A stretch of DNA of 46,295 nt, from positions 74,237 to 120,531 of the forward strand of contig PEZY01000005.1 in assembly GCA_002773855.1 (NCBI GenBank), given 5' to 3'. The position numbers and the translations under genes are program-made. Origin of the DNA: Candidatus Buchananbacteria bacterium CG10_big_fil_rev_8_21_14_0_10_33_19 (GTDB lineage: Bacteria > Patescibacteriota > Patescibacteriia > 2-01-FULL-39-33). This document shows, piece by piece, positions 1-9,399 of this stretch. The first letter of the stretch is position 1, and every line of letters begins with the position of its first letter. Below the pieces are notes generated by a model. It saw only the letters and a program-made list of their open reading frames with translations, did no database searches and was not told the origin of the DNA.

Positions 1-1
1 T

Positions 2-3000
2 GTTGAGTAAATTAAAAATAACAGCAATCAAATTCCTCTTAACCTCAAATAGTTTAACTTCACTGGGTAAACTTTTAACTTTCGCCACTGGATCAACGGT
101 CACCGCAAAAATAGAATGTTGTCCTGGAGCCAACTCTACGATATCTTGAGAATGGTTTATTGTCCAATTACCATCCTTATCAGCTTTGGTTTGATAAATC
201 AGAGCCTGATCACTATGGATATAAACCACTATATCTTGATTTGGTAATGATTTACCACTAAACTGAATTATATTATTATTAATAACCGACACTGAAGCTG
301 CAGATACTTCTGGTACCATAATACTTGGCACTTCAGTTGATTCTATTATTTCATTGATATTAACTTCTGATGGCAATGGTAGTGATGGGGTTGTTAACCC
401 AGTTTCTAAAGATATTGAACTAGATGGCAATGATATTGTTGGCACTCCTGATCCAGTTTCTAATGGTGTCATCCTAGAATCTAGCGATATTACTGGTATG
501 GCATCAATATCAGCGGGTAGTGTTGTTGGATTAATCATTATAATCAACTCATCAGATGGTTCACTAGTATTACTAGAAAAATCTATAGATTTGACCGTTA
601 AAATATGAGCGCCATCAGAAAAATTAAAGCCTTGGCCAAAGCGTCCATTATTATCAACTGTAGAGATCAACCGCCCTACTAATAACCCATTGTCATATAA
701 ATCTATTATAGAACGTGGCTCAGCTAAGCCAGAAATAAAAATATTATTAAAGCTAGTTGGAATGTCTACTGGATTTAAAATTGGTTTAACTGGCGATATG
801 ATATCTGGTGATATAAATTCTAATGTCGGACCACCACCACTACTACTACCACCACTTGGTTCTGCAATAACAGGAGCTTCATAAATATTAATAGCCTCTA
901 AAGTCGCCTCATTACCATAATTATCTACCGCCCAAATCTTCATATAATAATCATTACTTATATCTAAGCCAGTGATCACTGTGGAAATTGTATTAATATT
1001 GCTTAAATTAATATCATCTACTTGATCCCATTTTTCAGCTATGCCAGCTCTATTATTTACATCACTAATAATTGAGCCATGCCAAATTTCATAATGATCA
1101 AAGTGGCCATCGGTTATGCCCTCTGACCACTTTAAGGTCACAGTAGTGTCTGTTGATGAAAATTTAGATAAATTAATAAGCCCTGATGGTCCAGCAGTGT
1201 CTACGCTAAAATCAGTTGATTCAACATAATCACTAATATTACCATAAGCATCAGTTGCCCTTAATCTAATTCTGATATCATTTTGTTCTTGATTAGAAAA
1301 ATCAGTATCTGCCGACCAAGTAATCGATTTGCCAGTACTCGTAGCAATATTACTGCCAATATCTCCGGAAGTGCTAGTAGTTGGCACTACCCAAGTACTA
1401 CCACCATCATCAGAAATACTAATCTCCACCAATAAACTATCAGCAGTATCATCACTTAAATCATAAGTAATAGTGACGTCACCGGAACCAAGCACTTGTG
1501 AAGCCAATAAATTAGTAATTACCGGTGGTGCATAATCAACTGCCACCGTAGAAGTAGCATAGTCACCATTATTAATACCATCATTGCCTCTTAACCTAAT
1601 ATAAACATTGGGGTTATAAATCGCTCCTAATTGAGACTGAGCATCCCACACAAAAGTCTGAGCAACGCCAGCTGGCGAACTACTCAAATTAACAACACTA
1701 TCGTGTAATGAGTCGGTAGTGGAAGCGGTCATAATCACCTCTTCACCGGCAAAATCACCAGTTAAGGAATATTCATAAGTGACTAATGAAGCCCGATCAC
1801 TTTGATCATCTTTTAATTCATAATTAACATAGACTAAGCTTGACGTTGTGTTTTGAGTTGGATCTAAATTTTGAATATGAGGCGGATCATTTTCGGTATA
1901 ACCAATAACTACATTATCCAAAATTACCTCTTGACTACCATCACCTTCCAAAAAAGCTTTCCATCTTATTTTATGATTAGTGACGTCAAAAGTAGCAATA
2001 TTACTATTAACAACTGAAGCTGTATTGTAATTTGTCTCCCCGGCTGTCGTCCAAGCGCTACCATCATAGTACTGCCAGGTAGCCCCATCGTCATTGGATA
2101 ATTGATAATAAATTTCACCACCATTTTTAGTCGCGGTCTCAATAAATGAATCCCAAATAGTCACTAGCTCATTAAAAAGTGAGGTTGTAGGATTAATTGT
2201 TGGCTTATCGGAAGCATAAGACACTGTGGTCTTTGACCAATTAACTATCACATTATCAAAGCCAGCTACAGTAGTATATTTGCCGTTATCGCCTGGCGTA
2301 TCATGGTAAGCAACAATTTTTAAGTAATAAGTGCCAGCTATTGGCAACTTGCTAGCTATATCGATAGTGGCACTACTAGCCCAAGGAGTTATATTGGATA
2401 TTTCACCACTACTCCAAACTTCCTGACCTAATGTCGGATTACCGCTGGTAGTGTCAATAAAAACATAAAGTTGATAAGTATCAAGAGCGGCTGGCACTGA
2501 ATAACTAATTGATGACCAATCAAAATTTAAGGTAGCTGTATCGGGAGAATTAATGGTAGTAATAAAAGATTGCCTATACAAGCCAGCCGTTGTTTTATTT
2601 TTAGCCGAACTTAAAGTAATTTCAATATTACCGTCGGGGTTACCACCAGTTGAATAATAAGCGCCACTAGCACCGGGGTTATTAAGCCAATCGGCATAAG
2701 TCCAACCAGTTGCATCACTATCAAAACCGGAGTTAGTAGTCGCCCCAGAAGTAGTGGCTCCAATATTTTTAAGCTGTGCTACTCCACCAACAACTTCAAT
2801 TTTAGCGCTGTCATAGGTATAATCTTCAGCGCTGTCAAAAGCCCAATTCTCCGTCGCCGCTAACAAGGCCTGCCCACCCAACAAATAAAACGAGGTAAAA
2901 ATAATCAAAAGCACCTTTAAAATTATAAAAGTGCCAGCACCAAAACCAGTAGTTAAGCTAATGCGTCTTCTAGCGGTATAAGCCCAGATAATGCTTTCCT

Positions 3001-3235
3001 TATTATTTTCTTTTTCTTCGTTAATTGAAAAAATAAAACCTTTTTCTTGAACTTTTTTAGGAGAAACAATAAAATACATTGGTAAAGAAATAATCGCAAA
3101 GCCAAGCTCAAAAAATATTATAATCAAAACCTGTGGGAAAATTTTAATCCAATTATCGGATTCGATCACTTTCTTCTTGATCTTAAAAATAAAATTGGAA
3201 AGCTTAAAAAATAAATTGAACCATTTGGCCGACAT
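2..3235 (-). CDS. Large membrane-anchored surface protein with Ig-like/FN3-like domains (>1078 aa, 3' end beyond left edge)
   Basis: Hand-translated and absent from the ORF track because it has no stop in the window. ATG at 3235 (MSAKWFNLFFK...), frame open to the edge (...FEVKRNLIAVIFNLLN). Two N-terminal hydrophobic segments, Thr/Ser/Asp-rich beta-type ectodomain, two tandem similar domains (PPHIQNL..VYVNYELKDD..YIRLRGND / PPVITNL..VTITYDLSDD..IRIRLRATD), C-terminal Ig-like domains (FSGKSLPNQDIVVYIHS..DKDGNW). Confidence 0.9.
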   Translation of the reverse strand, partial: MSAKWFNLFFKLSNFIFKIKKKVIESDNWIKIFPQVLIIIFFELGFAIISLPMYFIVSPKKVQEKGFIFSINEEKENNKESIIWAYTARRRISLTTGFGAGTFIILKVLLIIFTSFYLLGGQALLAATENWAFDSAEDYTYDSAKIEVVGGVAQLKNIGATTSGATTNSGFDSDATGWTYADWLNNPGASGAYYSTGGNPDGNIEITLSSAKNKTTAGLYRQSFITTINSPDTATLNFDWSSISYSVPAALDTYQLYVFIDTTSGNPTLGQEVWSSGEISNITPWASSATIDIASKLPIAGTYYLKIVAYHDTPGDNGKYTTVAGFDNVIVNWSKTTVSYASDKPTINPTTSLFNELVTIWDSFIETATKNGGEIYYQLSNDDGATWQYYDGSAWTTAGETNYNTASVVNSNIATFDVTNHKIRWKAFLEGDGSQEVILDNVVIGYTENDPPHIQNLDPTQNTTSSLVYVNYELKDDQSDRASLVTYEYSLTGDFAGEEVIMTASTTDSLHDSVVNLSSSPAGVAQTFVWDAQSQLGAIYNPNVYIRLRGNDGINNGDYATSTVAVDYAPPVITNLLASQVLGSGDVTITYDLSDDTADSLLVEISISDDGGSTWVVPTTSTSGDIGSNIATSTGKSITWSADTDFSNQEQNDIRIRLRATDAYGNISDYVESTDFSVDTAGPSGLINLSKFSSTDTTVTLKWSEGITDGHFDHYEIWHGSIISDVNNRAGIAEKWDQVDDINLSNINTISTVITGLDISNDYYMKIWAVDNYGNEATLEAINIYEAPVIAEPSGGSSSGGGPTLEFISPDIISPVKPILNPVDIPTSFNNIFISGLAEPRSIIDLYDNGLLVGRLISTVDNNGRFGQGFNFSDGAHILTVKSIDFSSNTSEPSDELIIMINPTTLPADIDAIPVISLDSRMTPLETGSGVPTISLPSSSISLETGLTTPSLPLPSEVNINEIIESTEVPSIMVPEVSAASVSVINNNIIQFSGKSLPNQDIVVYIHSDQALIYQTKADKDGNWTINHSQDIVELAPGQHSIFAVTVDPVAKVKSLPSEVKLFEVKRNLIAVIFNLLN

Positions 3236-3239
3236 ATAT

Positions 3240-4064
3240 TTAAAGAGTTAAAATGGTTAAAAAGATACCTAAAATTATAATTATAGTTATCGATGAATTT
3301 ATAAAAATATCACTGTTTTTTAATAATTTATTAATTAATATATCTTGTGATTTAAAATATTGCCTATAAGACAACTGACTACGAACTTCTTTTTCTTCAT
3401 CAAAACCAAACGCTAAAATCGAATGATTACCTTCACTTAATTTAAGTTCATCTCTAACCAAATCAACTTGCCATTCGCCTTGATCATCAATATCACCAAC
3501 TAAAATAATAGTTTGACTATCAGAAATTAGTAATACTATTTTTGTCTGGGGTTGGCCGATACCATAAAAACGATAATCTCCGCCCCTAAGTTTATCTATT
3601 TTAGTCAATTCCGGAATGATCATTTCATCAAACACCTTAGCTGTTTGGATACCTGTTTCAGACATAATTACTTCTTCTTGCAATAAGTCAACGGATTTTA
3701 AATCAGAAACAGAATATAGCTGAATTGGTCCAAAAATAACCGGTGCCAATATAATTAACAAAAGCTTAACCAGCCAAATAAAAAAAATCACACTAACACT
3801 GGTTAAAGTGAGAATGCGACGTAAATTATAATCAAAATTTATTTTAGTATAATCACTTTTTTCTTCTAAGTAGGCAGTCACTCTTGATGATTTCATACCA
3901 ACATAAAGTGGGAGCGACACGAAACTAAGTAGTAACTCTAAAAAAATTAAATTAAAAACGTTAAATATAGCTTTAAAGCCAGATCTTCTTGTTAGCTGCT
4001 GTTTTTGCTCATAAATTCTACTAGTGAGAATTAAAACTAGATTCAACCAACGAGCCTGAAGCAT
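3240..4064 (-). CDS. Membrane protein with one Ig-like domain; short paralog of the adjacent large surface protein
   Basis: 274 aa; two N-terminal TM segments, a beta-rich domain (FYGIGQPQTKIVLLISDSQ..DDQGEW..LSEGNHSI), C-terminal TM. Confidence 0.8.
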   Translation of the reverse strand: MLQARWLNLVLILTSRIYEQKQQLTRRSGFKAIFNVFNLIFLELLLSFVSLPLYVGMKSSRVTAYLEEKSDYTKINFDYNLRRILTLTSVSVIFFIWLVKLLLIILAPVIFGPIQLYSVSDLKSVDLLQEEVIMSETGIQTAKVFDEMIIPELTKIDKLRGGDYRFYGIGQPQTKIVLLISDSQTIILVGDIDDQGEWQVDLVRDELKLSEGNHSILAFGFDEEKEVRSQLSYRQYFKSQDILINKLLKNSDIFINSSITIIIILGIFLTILTL

Positions 4065-4073
4065 ACAATTATA

Positions 4074-4484
4074 TTAATAGTTATTTATTTTTTCTAATAT
4101 CACAGTTAAATCGGTATTAGCTTTTACATAATAATCGGATGCCCCCATATTTTTAGCCTTTTCTATATCGCCACTATCACCTAAATTAGATAAAATTATA
4201 ACTGGTATATCTTTCATTTTAGGATCAGCTTTAAGTGACTTTAGGACCGAAAAACCATCCATTTTAGGCAAGATTAAATCCAATAAAATAATATTTGGCT
4301 TAAGTCTCTGAGCCATTTTAAGAGCAGTATCGCCATCACTGGCAGTAGCAATAGTACAAACAGATCTTCTTTTTAAGAATAAATAAAGCGCTCGTAAAAG
4401 TACTTGATCATCTTCTACTATTAAAATCATTTTATTCTTTTTACTGGTCAACACTTTTTCAGTCTTATTGACTTTTTTAACCAT
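4074..4484 (-). CDS. Single-domain response regulator (CheY-like receiver)
   Basis: ILIVEDD, phosphoacceptor LLDLILP, DGF, LSN, YYVKA; no output domain. Confidence 0.93.
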   Translation of the reverse strand: MVKKVNKTEKVLTSKKNKMILIVEDDQVLLRALYLFLKRRSVCTIATASDGDTALKMAQRLKPNIILLDLILPKMDGFSVLKSLKADPKMKDIPVIILSNLGDSGDIEKAKNMGASDYYVKANTDLTVILEKINNY

Positions 4485-4489
4485 ATAAT

Positions 4490-4888
4490 TTATTTAACTC
4501 TGGCTTTAACAGCTTTAATTATTTTAAACATATCAGTATTAGCTTTAATAAAATAGTCTTCAGCGCCTAAAGCCTTAGCTGATTTTACTTCAGAAATACT
4601 ATCCAAATTAGAAATTATAAAAACTGGCACAGTTTTTAATTTGTCATCATCCTTTAATTGTCTTAAGACTTCAAAACCATCAAGACCTGGTAAAATTAAG
4701 TCCAATAAAATTAGATGAGGTTGGAATTTACTAGCCAAATCATAAACTTGCAAGCCATTATTAGCATTAGCTACATCAAAATCTTCTCTAATTAGCAAAT
4801 CCATCAAAGCTTTAGCTAAAAGAGCATCATCCTCAACTAATAATATTTTTTTATTTTTTACGCTAGTTTTTCTGCCAAATATAACCAT
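4490..4888 (-). CDS. Single-domain response regulator (CheY-like receiver)
   Basis: ILLVEDD, LLDLILPGLDGF, ISNL, YFIKA. Confidence 0.93.
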   Translation of the reverse strand: MVIFGRKTSVKNKKILLVEDDALLAKALMDLLIREDFDVANANNGLQVYDLASKFQPHLILLDLILPGLDGFEVLRQLKDDDKLKTVPVFIISNLDSISEVKSAKALGAEDYFIKANTDMFKIIKAVKARVK

Positions 4889-5041
4889 ACAAAACTTTAT
4901 TTTAATTTAAAAATAGATAACTCATTTTAATATAAAACACCTATCTATACTATTATTATTTAAATATTTCTTTAATCTCGTCGCCTAATATATTAATTAA
5001 ATAAATTACTTCTAATAATATAATTTTAACGCCTAACTTAC

Positions 5042-5413
5042 TTATTTTTGTACTTCTTCTTTTATTTTTTCAATCATTTCGTCCAAAGAATACTTGGATT
5101 TAATAAAATAACCATTAGCTCCTAAATCCATACACTTAGAGATGCTATCTTCACCCTCATAAACAGTTAAAACAAAAACTGGTATATCTTTGGATTTTTC
5201 ATCTTTTTTTAAAGATTCTAACACCTCCCAACCATCTTTTTTAGGCAACAATAAATCCAACAATATCAAATCTATATCGCCATTTTTAGACATTTTAATA
5301 CCATCATCTCCGTTAAACGCCTGTTCTACATCAAAATCGGACTGTTTTAAAGACGTAGCAATAGCACTTTGCAATATATTATCATCTTCAATAACTAATA
5401 TTTTTTTATTCAT
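5042..5413 (-). CDS. Single-domain response regulator (CheY-like receiver)
   Basis: ILVIEDD, LLDLLLPKKDGW, LTV, YFIKS. Confidence 0.93.
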   Translation of the reverse strand: MNKKILVIEDDNILQSAIATSLKQSDFDVEQAFNGDDGIKMSKNGDIDLILLDLLLPKKDGWEVLESLKKDEKSKDIPVFVLTVYEGEDSISKCMDLGANGYFIKSKYSLDEMIEKIKEEVQK

Positions 5414-5417
5414 AATA

Positions 5418-5804
5418 TTATTTAATATTTAAAACTTCGTTAATTTTATTAATGATATCAGAGATTTTAAAATGGGCCTTAATGATATAACCAACTGCCC
5501 CTAAATCCAAGCCTTTTTTAACATCCTCTCTTTGCCCTAAATTAGTAATAAATATTACTGGTATTTTAGCTAATTTAGTATCTGCCTTTAAGTCTTCCAG
5601 CACCTCAAAACCATCTTTCTTGGGTAAGATAATATCCAGTAGAATCAAATCTAAGCTTTCTTTTTTAGCCAAAACCATAGCCTCTTCACCATCAACCGCC
5701 GAAAAAATCTCAAAATTATTTTCCTGTAGCGCATAGCCTAAAGCTTTTTGCAAAAAATTGTCATCTTCTACAATTAAAATTTTCTTTTTCATAGTATTAT
5801 TCAT
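5418..5804 (-). CDS. Single-domain response regulator (CheY-like receiver)
   Basis: ILIVEDD, LLDIILPKKDGF, ITNL, YIIKA. Confidence 0.93.
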   Translation of the reverse strand: MNNTMKKKILIVEDDNFLQKALGYALQENNFEIFSAVDGEEAMVLAKKESLDLILLDIILPKKDGFEVLEDLKADTKLAKIPVIFITNLGQREDVKKGLDLGAVGYIIKAHFKISDIINKINEVLNIK

Positions 5805-5809
5805 AATAA

Positions 5810-8800
5810 TTATTTTTTAAGAATAGAAAAATAAAATGTTGTGCCTACACCTAATTTAGACTTAAACCAGATTTTACCACCATGACCTTTAACTATAGCA
5901 TTAGCTATATACAAACCCAGGCCAGTGCCAGACGTTTCTTTGGTAATAACATTATCCGCTCTAAAGAATTTCTCAAAAACTCTTTTTTGTTGTCCAAGTG
6001 GTATGCCTATTCCATCATCCTTGATAAAAAAAGTAACATCTTTTTTATCAGGTTTGTAACCAATTTCAACAATTCCATTTTCATTAGAATATTTAATAGC
6101 ATTACTAATTAAATTTTGAAACACCTGTCTAATATGCTCCGCATCTGCTAAGGCTATAATTTTGGCCGGTGCCGATTTGCAGACAATAATTTTTACTTTT
6201 TTTTCTTGAGCTAAGGCAGTATTATCAACAATAACACTCTTAATAATAGGAAAAATATCAATGTTAGACTTGATAATAGAAAATTTTTGATCACCAGTTT
6301 CTATTTTAGATACGCTCAACAAATCAGCCACCAAACTTATCATTCTTTCATTACTTTCAGATATTTGATTCAAAAACTCCAATTGTTTATCATTTAATTT
6401 ACCAATATTTTGATTTAATAATAATTCTAAAAACCATTTAATGCCGGTTAATGGCGTCCTAAGTTGGTGAGAAGCTATGGATACAAATTCGGTTTTTATT
6501 TTATCGATATTTCTTTCCCTACTGACATCACGAAAAACCACCACACAACCTGTAATATTCCCAGACTCATCTTTAATTGGAGCAGCGCTGTCATCAACTG
6601 GCATAGCATCATTATTTTTTTGCACTAAAATAGTATGATTGGATAATTCACTGATAGTGCCATTTTCCATAGCCTGTATTATAAATTGATCATTTATTTG
6701 ATGATTTTTTTCATAAACAAAGTTAAACACTTCTTTATAATTTTTACCGATCACCTCTTCTGGCTTACAGCCTAATAACTGATAAGAAACCTTGTTTAAC
6801 ATAGTTATTTTATAATCAGTGTCAATCACAAACACATAATCACCAATATGTTCCAAAACCGCTTGCAATCTTTCTGATTTTTCAAAATTTAAATTATTAA
6901 TTTTTTCCAATTCTTTTTCCGATTCAACAATCTTGGTAATATCTGAAGTTACCGTCAAGGTACCAATTACCTTACCATTTAAATCAAAAAATGGCACTTT
7001 AGAATACAGCCCCCACATACTGTTATTGTTATATGGGCTAGTAAATTGTCTCACTATATTAAATTTGGGTTTACCAGATTTAATAACTTCTAAATCATCT
7101 TTTCTGGTTATTTTAGCTACTTTTTTATCCTTAATAAAATCAATGCTCCTCTTACCAATAATTTTAGATTTTGGTAAACCAATCCAATCAACAAAAGCCT
7201 TGTTAACCTCTAAAAATTTATCATCAGCACTTTTATAAATCACAAAATCTGGCAATACATCAAAAATAGCCTCAAATTTAGACTTTTGATTAACTAATTC
7301 ATTTTTAATACCCTCTCTAATAGTTATATCTTTTAAAGTAACCATTAGACCTATTATTTTGCCAGACATTTTTCTAATAGATATTGATGGCTCTAATGTG
7401 GTGTCCTGATTTCTAGAATTCTTTAATATTAAATTATCTAATTTAACTGGTTTTCCAGTCACTACTTTCCTAAAATTTGAAGCCATGGTTTTTAATCTAG
7501 TTGGTGTCATAATATCTTTCAACTGAGAAAAATGTTTACCAATAAAAACCTTGGGACTATAACCAATTATTTTTTGCCATTTACTATTCACATCAATAAT
7601 ATGACCAGATTTATCAAATAAAACTATTATATCATTAGAAGCATTGAATACACTTCTATATCTTTCTTCATTTTGAATGATTTTTTCTTCATCATTTTTT
7701 TGTTTAGTTATATCTCTAACTATAGCTTGAATTAGAACATCACCGCCAACTACTACCCTATTTAAAGACACTTCGGCATCAAACAAAATACCAGTTTTAG
7801 TCTGATGTTGCCAATAAAATCTTTGAGACTGGCCATTTAAAACTTTCTTTATAAAAGCCATACCTTTTTTACTAGATTTTTTGCCATCAGGTTGTGCTAC
7901 TGGTGAAAAATCAAAAGGCGTATGGTCTACAACATCTTTTTTATCATGACAACCAAACATCTTTATAACCGAAGAATTACAATCAATAAATTTTTCACCA
8001 ACCATCAAAAATATGCCATCATCAGCTGAGTCAAAAATACTTCGATATTTCTCTTCACTTTCTTGCAATTCCCTTTCAGCTAGCCGACGCTCTGTTAAAT
8101 TATGCACATTACCAAACACTGCATAAACATCGCCATTTTTATCTAGTAATGGCACCAAGGTAGTACCAATATATAACGTTTGACCATTAACTGACATTGT
8201 TGATTCCTCAGTCAAAACTTGCTTAGTTTTTACTACCTTATTTAGACTCTCAATATAACCCTTGCTAATCTTTGGTGGAAATAAACTTTTAATTGATTTG
8301 CCAATTAATGATTTAGACTTACCACGAAAAAGTTTAAAGGCTGACTTATTTAAACTCAAAATATTATAATTCCTATCAAGTGTAAAAATAAAATCAGAAT
8401 TATTATCAGAAAGAACTTGATAATCGCTTAATTGTTTTAGTAATTTTTCTGCTAACTGATGCTCTTTTGTCACATCATTAAATATCCCCTGAATATAACC
8501 ACGACCATTAATATTAATTAAGCCAGCACTAATATTCACATTCAATAATTTGCCAGATTTGGTTAATACTGAAACTTTACTAATAGTACCACCACCACTC
8601 TTAATATGTTTTTGAAAAGAACCACTGAATTGTTTGTTAGCTTCTTTGGGATGCAAATCTCTTTGATGCATAGTTCTTAATTCCTTAAGAGACCAGCCAG
8701 TCATTTTTTGAGCGGCCTTATTAGCATCAATAATTTTACCATCCGTGTCCGCAATAAAAATAGCATCTGACACCTTATTAAAAAAACTACCACGCTCTTT

Positions 8801-8830
8801 TTCTATTAATTTGTAAATTTCTTTTTTCAT
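5810..8830 (-). CDS. Cytoplasmic multi-PAS (about six PAS/PAC) sensor histidine kinase
   Basis: Repeated PAS motifs (DAIFIAD..G.I..AN, ending DVT/DIT/DVS); H-box SIASHQLRTPL; HATPase NLISNAIKY, DDGIGI, FFRA, GTGLGL; no TM segment. Confidence 0.95.
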   Translation of the reverse strand: MKKEIYKLIEKERGSFFNKVSDAIFIADTDGKIIDANKAAQKMTGWSLKELRTMHQRDLHPKEANKQFSGSFQKHIKSGGGTISKVSVLTKSGKLLNVNISAGLININGRGYIQGIFNDVTKEHQLAEKLLKQLSDYQVLSDNNSDFIFTLDRNYNILSLNKSAFKLFRGKSKSLIGKSIKSLFPPKISKGYIESLNKVVKTKQVLTEESTMSVNGQTLYIGTTLVPLLDKNGDVYAVFGNVHNLTERRLAERELQESEEKYRSIFDSADDGIFLMVGEKFIDCNSSVIKMFGCHDKKDVVDHTPFDFSPVAQPDGKKSSKKGMAFIKKVLNGQSQRFYWQHQTKTGILFDAEVSLNRVVVGGDVLIQAIVRDITKQKNDEEKIIQNEERYRSVFNASNDIIVLFDKSGHIIDVNSKWQKIIGYSPKVFIGKHFSQLKDIMTPTRLKTMASNFRKVVTGKPVKLDNLILKNSRNQDTTLEPSISIRKMSGKIIGLMVTLKDITIREGIKNELVNQKSKFEAIFDVLPDFVIYKSADDKFLEVNKAFVDWIGLPKSKIIGKRSIDFIKDKKVAKITRKDDLEVIKSGKPKFNIVRQFTSPYNNNSMWGLYSKVPFFDLNGKVIGTLTVTSDITKIVESEKELEKINNLNFEKSERLQAVLEHIGDYVFVIDTDYKITMLNKVSYQLLGCKPEEVIGKNYKEVFNFVYEKNHQINDQFIIQAMENGTISELSNHTILVQKNNDAMPVDDSAAPIKDESGNITGCVVVFRDVSRERNIDKIKTEFVSIASHQLRTPLTGIKWFLELLLNQNIGKLNDKQLEFLNQISESNERMISLVADLLSVSKIETGDQKFSIIKSNIDIFPIIKSVIVDNTALAQEKKVKIIVCKSAPAKIIALADAEHIRQVFQNLISNAIKYSNENGIVEIGYKPDKKDVTFFIKDDGIGIPLGQQKRVFEKFFRADNVITKETSGTGLGLYIANAIVKGHGGKIWFKSKLGVGTTFYFSILKK

Positions 8831-8843
8831 ATTTTATAAGATC

Positions 8844-8868
8844 AAAAAAAATAGTCAAAATGACTATT
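8844..8868 (-). terminator. Hairpin plus U-tract just upstream of the kinase start
   Basis: Minus strand AATAGTCA-TTT-TGACTATT followed by a T run. Confidence 0.5.
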
Positions 8869-8995
8869 TATTAATTTGATTATATTTTTCTAAGATTATT
8901 AAATTTTTATTGACACCCGTTAAGACATTATCAATATTTAAAGAAATTGAAGTTATAATTAAACCGACTAGATTTAAATTGTTTTGCCTAGTCAT
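8864..8995 (-). CDS. Possible 43-aa leader/small peptide (MTRQNNLNLVGLIITSISLNIDNVLTGVNKNLIILEKYNQINK)
   Basis: ATG at 8995 just downstream of a good promoter; its TAG lies in the 5' arm of the hairpin at 8844-8868. Confidence 0.3.
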   Translation of the reverse strand: MTRQNNLNLVGLIITSISLNIDNVLTGVNKNLIILEKYNQINK

Positions 8996-9014
8996 AAAGG
9001 TAAGTTGTATTAGT

Positions 9015-9043
9015 ATTATAAATAATATTACAAAAAATTACAA
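9015..9043 (-). promoter_or_regulatory. Sigma70-type promoter for the kinase/receiver operon
   Basis: TTGTAA-17 nt-TATAAT on the minus strand. Confidence 0.6.
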
Positions 9044-9048
9044 CAAAT

Positions 9049-9084
9049 AAAAAAACCACCAGAAATTTCTGGTGGTTCTTTTTT
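9049..9084. terminator. Bidirectional intrinsic terminator
   Basis: Perfect palindrome AACCACCAGAAA/TTTCTGGTGGTT flanked by A and T tracts. Confidence 0.8.
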
Positions 9085-9097
9085 GAATATTAATAAC

Positions 9098-9298
9098 TTA
9101 AGAGAAAGTATGGCCACAACCGTAACAGTGATACCAATCATCGACCTTAGTCTGATTAAGATTGGGATTCATGCCCACTCGGTGTCTTTGCTGACACAAT
9201 TTATTAGGACAAAGGCCATTTTTATCAATTCTCTTAACTGTAAATCTAAACTTTTGACCAAAAATACTAATTATTTTGAAAACTGATTTTACTGACAT
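9098..9298 (-). CDS. Small zinc-ribbon-like protein (66 aa)
   Basis: CPNKLC ... HCYGC; likely start MSVKSV at 9298 after GGGAG/GGTGG; own promoter TTGACT-17-TATGGT near 9369-9397. Confidence 0.6.
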   Translation of the reverse strand: MSVKSVFKIISIFGQKFRFTVKRIDKNGLCPNKLCQQRHRVGMNPNLNQTKVDDWYHCYGCGHTFS

Positions 9299-9399
9299 TT
9301 TACCACCACTTCTCCCTTTTGTTGTTTTTGAGCCCCTGTGGGCCAATGGTATTCAAAAAAGTTTTATAACCATAGCATATTTATGATTAAAAGTCAAGT

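Noticed and set aside
354-884. Plus-strand ORFs 354-608 and 690-884, and the other short antisense or nested ORFs in the track (e.g. 5190, 6933, 18112, 33803, 37947, 43290)
   Set aside because: Shadow frames of well-supported genes with no recognisable motifs.
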